A stretch of 64,000 nt of DNA, taken from positions 21,966 to 85,965 of the forward strand of contig JANYHH010000035.1 in NCBI GenBank assembly GCA_025359505.1, written 5' to 3'. Source of the DNA: Deinococcales bacterium. GTDB taxonomy: Bacteria > Deinococcota > Deinococci > Deinococcales > JAAFIG01. Positions within the stretch are counted from its first letter, which is position 1. Every line of letters begins with the position of its first letter. Both the position numbers and the translations under genes were made by a program. Shown piece after piece: positions 27,475 through 38,738 of the stretch. The notes beneath the pieces are model-generated. The model was not told the origin of the DNA. It saw nothing but the letters and a program-made list of their open reading frames with translations, and did no database searches.

Positions 27475-29595
27475 ATGATCGCTGGAATGTCAGAAGTGCT
27501 GATTCTCGGACGCAAGCGCGACACCTTAGAGGTCGTGCGGGCGCTGCAAGACGTGGGCATCGTGCAACTCGACCCGATTGAACCGGGCGAACTCCCGAAA
27601 GCCGTGCTGGTCGGGGCGGACGCGGAGCGTAAAGCGCAACTCGAGCGGCAACTCGCCCGCGCTGAGAGCGCTTTGGCGGCCATGGGCGCGACCGATGCCA
27701 TGCCCGAGCCGAGCAAACTGCGCGGTGCGGATTTATCAGCCATGCTCGAGGATGTCGGCCATCGCGCCGATGTGCTGAGCAAGGAGCGCAATGACCTAGC
27801 CAGTGAGCTGAGCGCCATTGGCAGTTTCGGCAGTCTGGCTCGAGTGCTGGCCGAGTTGAGTGGTTCGCTGGGCAAGAGCGGGCGCGTGGCGGTGCTGGGC
27901 TTCACGTTTGCCGACGAGGACAAGCCGCGCTTGGAGCAAAACCTCAAAGACGCTGGGTTGACCTATACGCTTGGTCACGGTCTCGCGCCGAAAGGTAACG
28001 CGGGCGTGCTGGCAGTGCGCGTGCAAGACGTGGCGGCTGCTCGCACCGCGCTGTCGCGCTCTGGGCTGGCGGAGCTGCGCTTCCCCGGCGCGTTCGAGGG
28101 ACTGAGCTACACGGAAGCCTCGAGCCGCATGGAGCAGCGCTCGCGCACCGCGCCCGAGGAGTTGCAGGGCATTACGGCTGGTTTGGAGAAGCTCAAGCTC
28201 GAGTCCGGCGGCGCTTTGTCGGCAGCCCGCAATGAGCTGCGCGACGAACTCTCGCGTTTCGATGCGGTGGGTAACAGCGTCGCGGGCAAGTACGGCTTCG
28301 CGCTGCGCGGCTGGGTTCCTAACGCCGATAAGGCTAGCCTCGAGTCGGCATTAGCGCCGCTCAAAGGTCAGGTCGTTTATCAGTTCGCGGCTGCGCCCGA
28401 GTATCACGCCGAACACGTGCCGGTGAAACTCGAGAACAACGCGGCGTTCAGACCGTTTGAATTGCTGCTCGGGATGTTCGCGCCGCCCGCGTATGGCACG
28501 TTCGATCCGACGTGGGTGCTGGCGATCTGCTTCCCGCTGTTTTTTGGCTTTGTGATCGGCGACGTGGGACTGGGCGCGGTGTCCTTGGCGCTGGCGTTCT
28601 TCCTGCGCGGCATGGCCGCCAAGGGCAGGACACTGGATTTGGGGCCCTTGGGCATCACCGTGCCACCCAAGCCGCTGTTCCAAGTCTCGAGCGTTTTGAC
28701 GTGGATGGCGGTCTGGAGCATCGTTTTCGGCTTCTTGTACGGCGAGTTCTTCGGTACGCTCGGCGAGAATCTGGGCTTGTTCCACGTCGTCAAACAAGAG
28801 GTTGTCGTGGATGGTGTGAAGCAGAAACTCGCCGTCTCGAGCCTCGCGGCTGCGCCCAAAGCTGAGAGCGAGACTAAATACGAATACGAATGGCTCGAGG
28901 ACGGACATTTCCCCAGCGCCGAACACGCCCGCGAGTACCACGAGGAGCGCCACCACGGTCTGCCGATTGTCATGCCCCGGGTGAAGTCTGAATTCGCAAA
29001 CATCATGTTGATTCTGGCGCTGATCCCCGGCATCTTGCAGGTCTTGGGTGGCTGGCTGCTCAGGGCGCAGATGGGTTTGAAGCACCACAACCAGATGCAT
29101 TTCTGGGAAGGCGTCGGGATGTTCTTAGGACTGGTCGGCGTGATCGTTTTCGCGTACTACTACCGCAATCCCGGCTCGAGCCAACTGCTGGTGTATGTCT
29201 CGATTGCCTGCTTGCTGGCGTTTGCCGCGAGCGCCGTGATGGTCATGCGCCACAACGCGATCACAGGCGGCATGATGTTCATTGAAATCCTCTCCAACGG
29301 CGGCGCGATCCTCTCGTACCTGCGTTTGTTCGCCGTCGGTTTATCCAGCGCGATCCTCGCTAACCTCGCCACCGACTTGGGTTGGAATCTGGGCGGGTCA
29401 CTCGGCGCGATTGGCATTCTGATCGGGATTCTCGTGGCGACCTTCGTCCACCTCTTCGCCATCGTCTTCACGATCATCGGTCACGTGCTGCAACCATTGC
29501 GACTTCACTACGCCGAGTTTTTCACCAAGTTCGGGTTCTACGACGAATCGGGTCGTCGTTACAAGCCATTTGCTCGAGTTGGACAGCACACCTAA
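27475..29595 (+). CDS. atpI: V/A-type ATPase subunit I (a)
   Basis: ORF track 27394..29595, likely ATG 27475 (MIAGMSEVLILGRKRD). Cytoplasmic N-terminal half plus a C-terminal TM domain containing LSYLRLFAVGLSS. Confidence 0.9.
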   Translation: MIAGMSEVLILGRKRDTLEVVRALQDVGIVQLDPIEPGELPKAVLVGADAERKAQLERQLARAESALAAMGATDAMPEPSKLRGADLSAMLEDVGHRADVLSKERNDLASELSAIGSFGSLARVLAELSGSLGKSGRVAVLGFTFADEDKPRLEQNLKDAGLTYTLGHGLAPKGNAGVLAVRVQDVAAARTALSRSGLAELRFPGAFEGLSYTEASSRMEQRSRTAPEELQGITAGLEKLKLESGGALSAARNELRDELSRFDAVGNSVAGKYGFALRGWVPNADKASLESALAPLKGQVVYQFAAAPEYHAEHVPVKLENNAAFRPFELLLGMFAPPAYGTFDPTWVLAICFPLFFGFVIGDVGLGAVSLALAFFLRGMAAKGRTLDLGPLGITVPPKPLFQVSSVLTWMAVWSIVFGFLYGEFFGTLGENLGLFHVVKQEVVVDGVKQKLAVSSLAAAPKAESETKYEYEWLEDGHFPSAEHAREYHEERHHGLPIVMPRVKSEFANIMLILALIPGILQVLGGWLLRAQMGLKHHNQMHFWEGVGMFLGLVGVIVFAYYYRNPGSSQLLVYVSIACLLAFAASAVMVMRHNAITGGMMFIEILSNGGAILSYLRLFAVGLSSAILANLATDLGWNLGGSLGAIGILIGILVATFVHLFAIVFTIIGHVLQPLRLHYAEFFTKFGFYDESGRRYKPFARVGQHT

Positions 29596-29781
29596 TTACA
29601 TTGTCGTTCTGGAAATGTAGTTATGTTAAAATCTTGGACTGGCAATAAACTCGTTCCACACAGCACATCGTTAAGCTTTAAAAATCTTTGAGTCCAAGTT
29701 TTAACTGTAGAGATACTGCTCGAGTCAGCCAGCGGGTCTGAATTCCAGACTCAGCTACACTGGTTTTATCGGAGGATAGTT

Positions 29782-30111
29782 ATGAAAAAGCACGCCATGT
29801 TGATTGTTTCCGCACTCGTCTTCGCCCTGTTCGCCTCGGTCGGTCTGGCCCAAGAAGCCGCCGCTGTCGCCACCGGCCCAGTCGGCACGAGCCTCGGTGG
29901 TGGACTCGTCGCCATCGGTGCGGGCCTCGCGCTCGGACTGGCGGCTTTGGGCGTCGGTATCGCGCAGAGCAGCATCGGTGCGGCCGCCGCTGGAGCCGTC
30001 GCCGAAGACCGTAGCCTGTTCGGTCAATTGCTGATCTACATCGTCATCCCAGAAACGCTGATCATCTTCGGGTTCCTCGTCGTGATCTTCTTCCAAAGCG
30101 CCATCAAGTAA
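29782..30111 (+). CDS. atpK: V/A-type ATPase proteolipid subunit K (c)
   Basis: Gly/Ala-rich TM hairpin with the conserved IPETLIIFG glutamate. Confidence 0.9.
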   Translation: MKKHAMLIVSALVFALFASVGLAQEAAAVATGPVGTSLGGGLVAIGAGLALGLAALGVGIAQSSIGAAAAGAVAEDRSLFGQLLIYIVIPETLIIFGFLVVIFFQSAIK

Positions 30112-30156
30112 ACTTGTGAGCCAAGTCATGCCTGTGAGCGTAGAGAGGAACTATTC

Positions 30157-30729
30157 ATGGCTGACCTAGCCAGTTTGCTCGAGAGCGAAGCCCAAGCCGA
30201 GATCGAAGCGATCCTCGGTGAGGCCCGCATCAAAGCCGATGGCATCGTGAAAGCTGGTGAGGACAGCGCCAAGAGTTACTTTGAGGGCAAGAAACGCGCT
30301 CTGGAGAACGACTTGAACGCCGCCATCACCCGCGCCAAGAGCGGTGCGGAGTTGGAAGGCGCGGCGCTGACCCTGCAAGCCAGTCACGGAGCCAACGAGC
30401 AGGCGTTTAGCTCGGCAATGAGCGAGCTGAAAGCCTTCACCAAGTCTGGGGAATACGAACACACGCTGACCAAGCTGATCAAAGAGGTCAAAACCGCTTT
30501 GGGCAGCATCACCAAGCTCGAGGTCAACCCGAGCGACATTGAAACCGCCAAACGCGCCGCGAGCGCCGCTGGGGTAGACGCTCCAGTCACCGGCAATGCC
30601 GACATCGAAACCGGCGTTCGCGCTGTCGCCGAAGGCGGAGCCTCGAGCGTCACCAACACGCTGATCGGGCGTTTGAGCCGGGCACGCGACAGCTTGCTCA
30701 GCGAAGTCGCCAGCGTGCTGAAAGCCTGA
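30157..30729 (+). CDS. atpE: V/A-type ATPase subunit E
   Basis: 190 aa with an N-terminal long helix. Assignment rests on its position in the operon. Confidence 0.8.
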   Translation: MADLASLLESEAQAEIEAILGEARIKADGIVKAGEDSAKSYFEGKKRALENDLNAAITRAKSGAELEGAALTLQASHGANEQAFSSAMSELKAFTKSGEYEHTLTKLIKEVKTALGSITKLEVNPSDIETAKRAASAAGVDAPVTGNADIETGVRAVAEGGASSVTNTLIGRLSRARDSLLSEVASVLKA

Positions 30730-30742
30730 GGGGGCACAAACC

Positions 30743-31744
30743 ATGCCCGATAACTACGCTTACATCAACGCCCGCGTCAGGGCGATGCACTCCAAGCTGA
30801 TCACCGAAAAGCTCGAGGAGACCATTCAAGCCTCGAGCTACGGCGAGTTTTTACGGATTCTGTCCGAGTCCAATTTGGGTGCGGATATCGGCGAGGCGAC
30901 GGCTGCGGGCGCGGGCTTGCCGCAACTCGATGCTGCGCTGTCCCGCAACTTCTTCAGCACCGCCCAGAAAGTCGTCGGCATGGCGGACGGCTCGAGCGGG
31001 CGCGACATCGCATTGCTGTTTGCGCGGTATGACCTGCTCAACTTAAAAGCGGTCGCACGCGGGAAAATCGGCGGTCGCAGCGCGGCAGACGTGATCCCGA
31101 GCTTGTTGCCCGCTGGTTCGCTGAAACCCAGCGTGCTCGAGGCTCTGGCCAACGCGCCGGAACTGGGCAACCTCGGCGGGGTCGCGGGCTTGGCGGCTAC
31201 ACCGCTGGCCAGCGCGTTCCGCAAGGGCGTCGCGCAACTGGCGACCGACGGCGACCTGCTGACTTTTGAAGTCGCGCTCGATCAGGCGTACTACAGCACC
31301 GCGCTCAGTGAAGCCTCGAGTAGCGTCCTGAAAGATTACCTGCGCCGCGAGGTCGACGGCGCGAACATCCTGACTGCGCTGAAACTCAAAGCGCAGGGCC
31401 GCACGGAAAACCTCGAGCCGTACTTCATCGCGGGTGGGCGCGAGGTGGACAAAACCCGTTTCGGGCAACTCGCCAGCGGCAACGGCGGACTCGAGGGGCT
31501 GCGGGCCTTCTCTGGACTGTCCGACGCCAGCGACCTCTCGAGCGCCGAGACCTTGGTGCGCGGCGTGCTGCTGAGCAATGCCAAACGCCTGTACGCCTCT
31601 GACGCACTGGGCATCGGCGTGGTGATCGGCTTCCTGAAAGACAAAGAGCGCGAGGTCGCCGTGACCCGCCTGATCGGTCGCGCCAAGTATTACAACGTGC
31701 CTTTGGAGACGCTGCGAAAAGAGGTGGGAGGCAATGGCAACTAA
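30743..31744 (+). CDS. atpC: V/A-type ATPase subunit C (d)
   Basis: 333 aa. N-terminus YAYINARVRAMHSKL is typical of subunit C/d. Confidence 0.85.
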   Translation: MPDNYAYINARVRAMHSKLITEKLEETIQASSYGEFLRILSESNLGADIGEATAAGAGLPQLDAALSRNFFSTAQKVVGMADGSSGRDIALLFARYDLLNLKAVARGKIGGRSAADVIPSLLPAGSLKPSVLEALANAPELGNLGGVAGLAATPLASAFRKGVAQLATDGDLLTFEVALDQAYYSTALSEASSSVLKDYLRREVDGANILTALKLKAQGRTENLEPYFIAGGREVDKTRFGQLASGNGGLEGLRAFSGLSDASDLSSAETLVRGVLLSNAKRLYASDALGIGVVIGFLKDKEREVAVTRLIGRAKYYNVPLETLRKEVGGNGN

Positions 31745-32060
31745 AATGGCCATCCTGACCGACGGCGAAAGCGCCACGGGCTTCAGGCTCGCGGGCGTCG
31801 AAGTGCTCGAGGCGACCAGTGAGACCGCCACGAAAACGCTCGAGGCGGCGATTGCGTCCAATCAGTTTGGCTTGATCGCGATTGACGAGAGCATCGTTGC
31901 TGATCCCAGCAAAGCCATGGAGCGTCAGATGCGCGGACGCGATTTGCCCGTGCTGCTGACCATCCCGTCGCTGGCTGTGGCGTTTAGCGACAGCGTGGAC
32001 GCGAAGGCGTACATGCGGGCGTTGGTTCGCAGCACGATTGGGTTCGACATCAAGTTGTAA
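31734..32060 (+). CDS. atpF: V/A-type ATPase subunit F
   Basis: 108 aa. KMAILTDGESATGFRLAGV pattern. Confidence 0.85.
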   Translation: MATKMAILTDGESATGFRLAGVEVLEATSETATKTLEAAIASNQFGLIAIDESIVADPSKAMERQMRGRDLPVLLTIPSLAVAFSDSVDAKAYMRALVRSTIGFDIKL

Positions 32061-32156
32061 GCTCGAGAGAAGTTTTGCTTGAGAGAAGTTTTGGTAGTGC
32101 AGCCCGTAAAAGTCTCGAGATCAACTCGAGCCAGATCAAGGCATTAGGGGGTAACT

Positions 32157-33893
32157 ATGGCAGGCAAAATCAAGAAAATTGCCGGGCCAGCGGTGATCGT
32201 CGAGAGTCTCGACGGCGCGAAGATGAACGACATCGTTCGCGTCGGTAAAGAGCAACTCGTCGGCGAGATCATCCGCTTGGATGGCAACGAATGCTTCGTG
32301 CAGGTTTACGAGGACACCAACGGTCTGACGGTCGGCGAGGACGTGATCTCCACGAACCTGCCGCTGGCTGTGGAACTGGGGCCCGGAATGCTCAACGGTG
32401 TCTTCGACGGTATTCAGCGCCCACTGGACAAAATCCGCGAGGCATCTGGCGATTTCATCGCCAGGGGCGTCAACGTCAAATCGCTGTCCCGCGAGCAAAA
32501 GTGGGACTTCACGCCGGGCGTCAAGGTCGGCGATCAGGTCGAGGGCGGCTCGAGCCTCGGAACTGTGCCGGAGTTCTCGTTCACGCACAAGATTCTCGTG
32601 CCGCCAACGGTTTCCGGCAAAATCAAGAGCATCAAACCCGCTGGTAGCTACACGATTGAAGAGGTCGTGGCGACGCTCGAGGATGGCACTGAGTTGAAGA
32701 TGTACCACAACTGGGCGGTGCGCCGCGCACGCCCGGTCACGCGCAAGCTCGACCCGAACCTGCCGTTCCTCACCGGAATGCGGATTCTGGACGTGCTCTG
32801 CCCGCTGACCGCTGGCGGCACGGCCGCGATTCCGGGCCCGTTCGGTAGCGGCAAGACCGTCACGCAGCAGTCAATCGCTAAATACGGCAATGCCGACATT
32901 GTGGTCTACGTCGGTTGCGGCGAGCGCGGCAACGAGATGACGGACGTATTGGTCGAATTCCCGGAACTCGAGGATCCCAAAACGGGTAAGCCGCTGATGC
33001 AACGCACGATTCTCTTGGCGAACACCAGCAACATGCCGGTCGCCGCTCGAGAAGCCTCGCTGTACTGCGGCGTCACGCTCGCCGAGTACTTCCGCGATCA
33101 GGGCTACGCCGTGAGCATGATGGCGGACAGCACGAGCCGTTGGGCGGAAGCGTTGCGCGAAATCGCGTCGCGTTTGCAAGAAATGCCCGCCGAGGAAGGC
33201 TACCCGCCGTACCTCTCGAGCCGCTTGTCCGCCTTCTACGAGCGTGCCGGTCGCGTCACGACCCTCGCGGGCGACGCTGGCAGCGTTTCGGTCATCGGCG
33301 CGGTTTCCCCAGCCGGTGGCGATCTCTCCGAACCCGTCACGCAATCCACGCTCCGCATCACTGGGGCGTTCTGGGCGCTTGACGCGAGCCTCGCCCGCGC
33401 CCGCCACTTCCCGGCGATCAACTGGGCAGGCAGCTACAGCTTGTTCATCAACGTCCTCGAGCCTTGGTACAGAGAGAACATCGCGGCCGATTACCCAGAG
33501 AAGCGCAAGGAACTGATTGTGCTGCTGCAACGCGAAGCCGCGCTTCAGGAAGTCGTGCAACTCGTCGGGCCGGACGCATTGGCAGACAACGAGCGCCTGT
33601 CGCTCGAGGTTGGCCGCATCATCCGCGAGGATTTCCTGCAACAAAACGGTTACGACAAAGTGGACGCTTCGTGCAGCATGGAAAAAGCCTACGGCATGAT
33701 CGACATGATGCTCGAGCTGTACAAATCCGGCGATAAGATGCTCAAAAGCGGCGGAGCAATCAGTGACTTCTTAGATGACGCTGCCGTGATCGAAAAAGTC
33801 GGTCGCGCCCGCTTCGTGCCAGAAGCCGAGTTCCCCGCTTACAAAGGCGAGTACATGAAGATGCTCGAGACGGCGTTCAAGGCCAAAGCTTAA
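32157..33893 (+). CDS. atpA: V/A-type ATPase catalytic subunit A
   Basis: Walker [10 protein letters not shown], the non-homologous-region insert, and the [10 protein letters not shown] block. Confidence 0.95.
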   Translation: MAGKIKKIAGPAVIVESLDGAKMNDIVRVGKEQLVGEIIRLDGNECFVQVYEDTNGLTVGEDVISTNLPLAVELGPGMLNGVFDGIQRPLDKIREASGDFIARGVNVKSLSREQKWDFTPGVKVGDQVEGGSSLGTVPEFSFTHKILVPPTVSGKIKSIKPAGSYTIEEVVATLEDGTELKMYHNWAVRRARPVTRKLDPNLPFLTGMRILDVLCPLTAGGTAAIPGPFGSGKTVTQQSIAKYGNADIVVYVGCGERGNEMTDVLVEFPELEDPKTGKPLMQRTILLANTSNMPVAAREASLYCGVTLAEYFRDQGYAVSMMADSTSRWAEALREIASRLQEMPAEEGYPPYLSSRLSAFYERAGRVTTLAGDAGSVSVIGAVSPAGGDLSEPVTQSTLRITGAFWALDASLARARHFPAINWAGSYSLFINVLEPWYRENIAADYPEKRKELIVLLQREAALQEVVQLVGPDALADNERLSLEVGRIIREDFLQQNGYDKVDASCSMEKAYGMIDMMLELYKSGDKMLKSGGAISDFLDDAAVIEKVGRARFVPEAEFPAYKGEYMKMLETAFKAKA

Positions 33894-33897
33894 ACCC

Positions 33898-34350
33898 ATG
33901 CGCTTCCTCGTCGCCGTGCTGATCTTCGTCGCCTCGAGCGCATTGGCGCAAAGCGTGATTCGCTTTGCGCTGCTGCCGAGCGACGTGCAAACGGCGGTGG
34001 CGGGGTTTGACGAATTTGGGCGACCGAGTGTGCTGGTGCAACTCACGACTGAGGCCGGCAAGCGCTTTGAGCGGCTGACCTGCGCGAACATCGGCAAGCA
34101 GCTCGAGTTGACGGTGCGCGATTCAGTGGTGATTAACGCTAAGATCGTGGAGTGTATACCGAACGGTAGGTTGCAGATCAGCGGGAAATTCACGGTCGAA
34201 GAAACCCAAGCCATCGCCCGCAACCTCGAGCCGAATCAGCCGCAGGAAATCGCGGCTCAGCCCGTGCAGAACGCGCCCTTCGCACAGAATTTGCTTGAGA
34301 AAATGGTCAACTGGTTCAGTGAATTGTTGAAGATATTGTTCAGGAGGTGA
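33898..34350 (+). CDS. Small secreted protein with a SecD/SecF P1-head-like domain, inserted between atpA and atpB
   Basis: Signal peptide MRFLVAVLIFVASSALAQS. FDEFGRPSVLVQLTTEAGKRFERLTCANIGKQLELTV...ISGKFTVEETQAIARNL mirrors the SecDF head motif FDQFGRPxVxxxLxxEGAKKFxxxTxxNIGKRLAIVLDG...G..S.EEA (recalled from memory). 4-nt gaps separate it from both neighbours. Confidence 0.6.
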   Translation: MRFLVAVLIFVASSALAQSVIRFALLPSDVQTAVAGFDEFGRPSVLVQLTTEAGKRFERLTCANIGKQLELTVRDSVVINAKIVECIPNGRLQISGKFTVEETQAIARNLEPNQPQEIAAQPVQNAPFAQNLLEKMVNWFSELLKILFRR

Positions 34351-34354
34351 GTGA

Positions 34355-35758
<1,404 letters not shown>

Positions 35759-35868
35759 GGCAGGCGAAGGGCAAAGGTTAAAAGGCAAAGGGAACGTCAA
35801 CGGCTCGAGCGCATATCTCGAGATTGCACAGGTTTTACAGTTCCCTTCGCCCTTCGCCTTTTGCCTGC
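35759..35868. repeat. Imperfect inverted repeat of a purine-rich motif (GCAGGCGAAGGGCAAAGG...AAGGGAAC) in the atpB-atpD spacer
   Basis: Left arm 35759-35795, right arm 35840-35868. Related single copies occur at 43801-43820 and 46381-46414. Confidence 0.6.
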
Positions 35869-35883
35869 ACCAAGGAGCTACCC

Positions 35884-36558
35884 ATGGCAGAACAAATCAG
35901 TCCAACCCGCTCGAACCTGCTGGCCCGGCGCGGCTCGAGACGCTTGGCGGTGCAGGGTGCGGATCTTTTGAAGCGCAAGCGCGACGCGCTGATCGGTGAG
36001 TTTTTTGCGCTGGTTAAAGAGTCCCTAGCGGCGAGGGAGATGTTGCAGCAGTCCAGCAAAGACGCCTACTTCGCGCTGTTCCTCGCTAAAGCGTGGGACG
36101 CGCCCGAAGCCGTCGAATCGCTGGCGCTCGCCCGTCCCGCTGGTCTCGAGCTGGAACTGCAAGTCGAGAGCATCTACGGCGTGAAGATCCCGAAGATCAC
36201 GCTGCCGGAGTTTTCCAAAGAGCTGCCGTTCTCACCGATCGGCGCGGGCGCTCGCACCTTGGAGGCAGCCGTGCAGTTTCAAAATCTGGTCGAGGCAATC
36301 ATCAAAGTCGCCGCGACTGAGAACAAGCTGCGGCGCATCGGTGAGGAAATCAAGAAGACCTCACGGCGCGTCAATGCCTTGGAGCAAATCGTCATTCCCG
36401 GCATTCAGGGTGAGATCAAGTTCATCACCGACACTTTGGATCAACGCGCTTTAGAAGAGGTCACGACGCTGAAACGCATCAAGGCCAAGATTGACCTCGA
36501 CGAAGCGACCGCCAAAGGTTTGGTCACTGCCGCGAACGAAATCGGTGCTGGACTCTAG
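35884..36558 (+). CDS. atpD: V/A-type ATPase central-stalk subunit D
   Basis: ORF track 35824..36558. ATG 35884 after AAGGAG gives MAEQISPTRSNLL...LKRKRDAL, typical of subunit D. Confidence 0.9.
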   Translation: MAEQISPTRSNLLARRGSRRLAVQGADLLKRKRDALIGEFFALVKESLAAREMLQQSSKDAYFALFLAKAWDAPEAVESLALARPAGLELELQVESIYGVKIPKITLPEFSKELPFSPIGAGARTLEAAVQFQNLVEAIIKVAATENKLRRIGEEIKKTSRRVNALEQIVIPGIQGEIKFITDTLDQRALEEVTTLKRIKAKIDLDEATAKGLVTAANEIGAGL

Positions 36559-36577
36559 GTATCAGCTCGAGCCTTCC

Positions 36578-36608
36578 AAACCCCCCATATCTCGAGCTGG
36601 GGGTTTTT
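36578..36608 (+). terminator. Candidate intrinsic terminator of the V-ATPase operon
   Basis: C-run 36581-36586 pairs with G-run 36599-36603 and is followed by TTTTT (36604-36608). The 12-nt loop contains CTCGAG. Confidence 0.5.
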
Positions 36609-36650
36609 ACGTGCTTGTCGAAACCAGCCCTGCCCACTCAACTCGAGCGT

Positions 36651-36842
36651 ATGAACGCCGTGCCAGATATTCAAAACCTCAGTGTTCCAGAGCGCTTGGA
36701 TTTGCTCGAGCGAATCTGGGAGAGTTTGACGAGTGAAAACGCCGTGCCAGAGTTGACGGACGCGCAGAAACTCGAGGATCGCCGTGTGCTTGAGTATAGT
36801 GTCTTATGGCGCTCAACCAAATTGACCTCACCGCATTGGTGA
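36651..36842 (+). CDS. Putative addiction-module antitoxin component (TIGR02574-like). The C-terminus looks degenerate and there is no toxin partner.
   Basis: LSVPERLDLLERIWESL....PELTDAQKLEDRRV matches the family pattern as I recall it. The tail overlaps the S9 peptidase start. Confidence 0.4.
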   Translation: MNAVPDIQNLSVPERLDLLERIWESLTSENAVPELTDAQKLEDRRVLEYSVLWRSTKLTSPHW

Positions 36843-38632
36843 ACCTGTCTTCTAGCTTCGGCGACCGGCTCTCGCACGACAAATGCACGATTGCCTACCT
36901 GAGCAACCGCACCACCACGGGGCGCTTTGAGATGTTTGTCACCGATGTTGCGACGCGTGCGTCCAAACGCGTCAGCGACGGGCAACTGCCCGCTACGCCG
37001 CGCTCTGGGCTGGTCTGGCTGCGCGATCATCGTAGCGTCGTTTACGGCAAGGACGCCAGCGGCAACGAGCAGGCGGACTTGTACAGTTTGGACACGCAGT
37101 CGGGTGAGGTCAGGCAACTCACGAACCTCGAGACCTCGCAGGATATCGCTGTCGCCGCGCACCCGGACGGCGAGCGCTTGCTGGTGCTCAGTTCGCGCAC
37201 AGGCCAGATGCAACTGCATTGGCTCAACTTGCAGACACTCGAGTTGCAGCAACTCACGCACTTTAAAAACCCGGTCGGCGTGGCGCACCTGTCCGCAGAC
37301 GGCGCACGCATCGCGTTCAGCGCCAACGAGAGCGACGAACCCAAGAACATGGACTTGTACGTGATGGACAGCGACGACACTGGGCAGCAGCGGCACGTCA
37401 CGCTGGAAGCCGAATGCATGGTTTTCGCCGCCGATTGGAGTGCGGACGGTCATCGCATCGCCTTGTACGCCGACGCGAGCGGCGAGTGGCGCACAGGCGT
37501 CTACGACCTCGAGACCGGTGATGTGCGCTGGCTGTCAGTGGGACGTGTTGGCGTCGCAGAATTTCCCGTGGCGTTCTCCCCAGACAGCCAGTGGTTGCTG
37601 TGTCTGCGCGACGTGGAGGCGAGTTACACGCCCGTGCTGTACGACTTGGACAGCGGCGCGGAACGCGTGTTGGAAGTGCCAGCAGGCATAGCGGACGGCG
37701 GGGAGTGGCTGTCGGACACGCGGTTTTTGATTTACACAGAATCGCCCACATCGCGGGGCACGATGAGCGTTTACGACCTCGAGACCGATACCGCCACGAC
37801 CCTACGCGAGGCTGACTACGGCAGCATTGACCCTGCGCTGTTCGTTGCCCCTGAATACCTGCGCTACCCGAGCTTCGACGGCGCGGGCGTGCCTGCCTTC
37901 GTCTACACACCAAGGGACGCCGAGCTTGGGCAACGCTTCCCGGCGGTGGTCGTCGCGCACGGTGGGCCGACCGCGCATTACGTGCATGGCTTCGAGTCGG
38001 AGGCGCAACTGCTCGCAGACCGTGGGTACGTCGTCTTGATGCCCAACATTCGCGGTAGCACCGGCTACGGCAACGCGTGGCGCGACGCGAATATCAAAGA
38101 CTGGGGCGGCGCAGATTTGCAAGACATTGTTCATGGCGTGCAGTACCTGCAATTTAGGGAGGATGTGATCCCAGACCGCGTGGCGATCACGGGCGGGTCG
38201 TTCGGCGGTTACATGACCTACATTGCCGCGACGAAGCACCCAGCGCTGTTCAAGGTGGCGATTCCGATCATCGGGATCACGGACTTGCACCAGTTATACG
38301 AGGACAACAAGCGCCTGTTGCCCGCACTGGCGTATTACTTCCAGCGCATGATGGGCGATCCCGTCGCGGACGCCCCGCTTTGGCGCGAACGGAGCGCGGT
38401 GACTCACGCGCATCAACTGCAAGCCAAAATGCTGGTCATTCACGGGCGCAACGATCCGCGCTGCCCGCTGAACCAAGCCACCGGGTTCATTGAAAAACTC
38501 GAGGCTGCTGGGAAAGTGCAGGGCAAAGATTTCGAGGTGGAGATTTTTGACGAGGGGCACGGCTCGGCAGATCGGGCGTTGCGGAAGCGGCATTGGCGAA
38601 TGATGTTGGATTACTTGGAGCAGCACCTCTGA
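36806..38632 (+). CDS. S9-family serine peptidase (prolyl oligopeptidase / acylaminoacyl-peptidase type) with an N-terminal beta-propeller
   Basis: C-terminal alpha/beta-hydrolase domain with nucleophile elbow GGSFGGYMT. The N-terminal half has WD/TolB-like repeats. Confidence 0.85.
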   Translation: MALNQIDLTALVNLSSSFGDRLSHDKCTIAYLSNRTTTGRFEMFVTDVATRASKRVSDGQLPATPRSGLVWLRDHRSVVYGKDASGNEQADLYSLDTQSGEVRQLTNLETSQDIAVAAHPDGERLLVLSSRTGQMQLHWLNLQTLELQQLTHFKNPVGVAHLSADGARIAFSANESDEPKNMDLYVMDSDDTGQQRHVTLEAECMVFAADWSADGHRIALYADASGEWRTGVYDLETGDVRWLSVGRVGVAEFPVAFSPDSQWLLCLRDVEASYTPVLYDLDSGAERVLEVPAGIADGGEWLSDTRFLIYTESPTSRGTMSVYDLETDTATTLREADYGSIDPALFVAPEYLRYPSFDGAGVPAFVYTPRDAELGQRFPAVVVAHGGPTAHYVHGFESEAQLLADRGYVVLMPNIRGSTGYGNAWRDANIKDWGGADLQDIVHGVQYLQFREDVIPDRVAITGGSFGGYMTYIAATKHPALFKVAIPIIGITDLHQLYEDNKRLLPALAYYFQRMMGDPVADAPLWRERSAVTHAHQLQAKMLVIHGRNDPRCPLNQATGFIEKLEAAGKVQGKDFEVEIFDEGHGSADRALRKRHWRMMLDYLEQHL

Positions 38633-38738
38633 TCGGCTGGTCTCAAAACTTATGACGCTGACCCAAGCACAAGGCGTTCATGGGCGGAGGCTCGAGCTAG
38701 GGTTTTTAACTCACCGCAAAAGTGATAGCGTTTGCCGC

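Noticed and set aside
26553-27947. 464-aa minus-strand ORF
   Set aside because: It is a Ser/Ala/Arg-rich low-complexity translation. It runs antisense to the well-supported V-ATPase G/I genes and across the non-coding leader. This is a typical high-GC shadow ORF.
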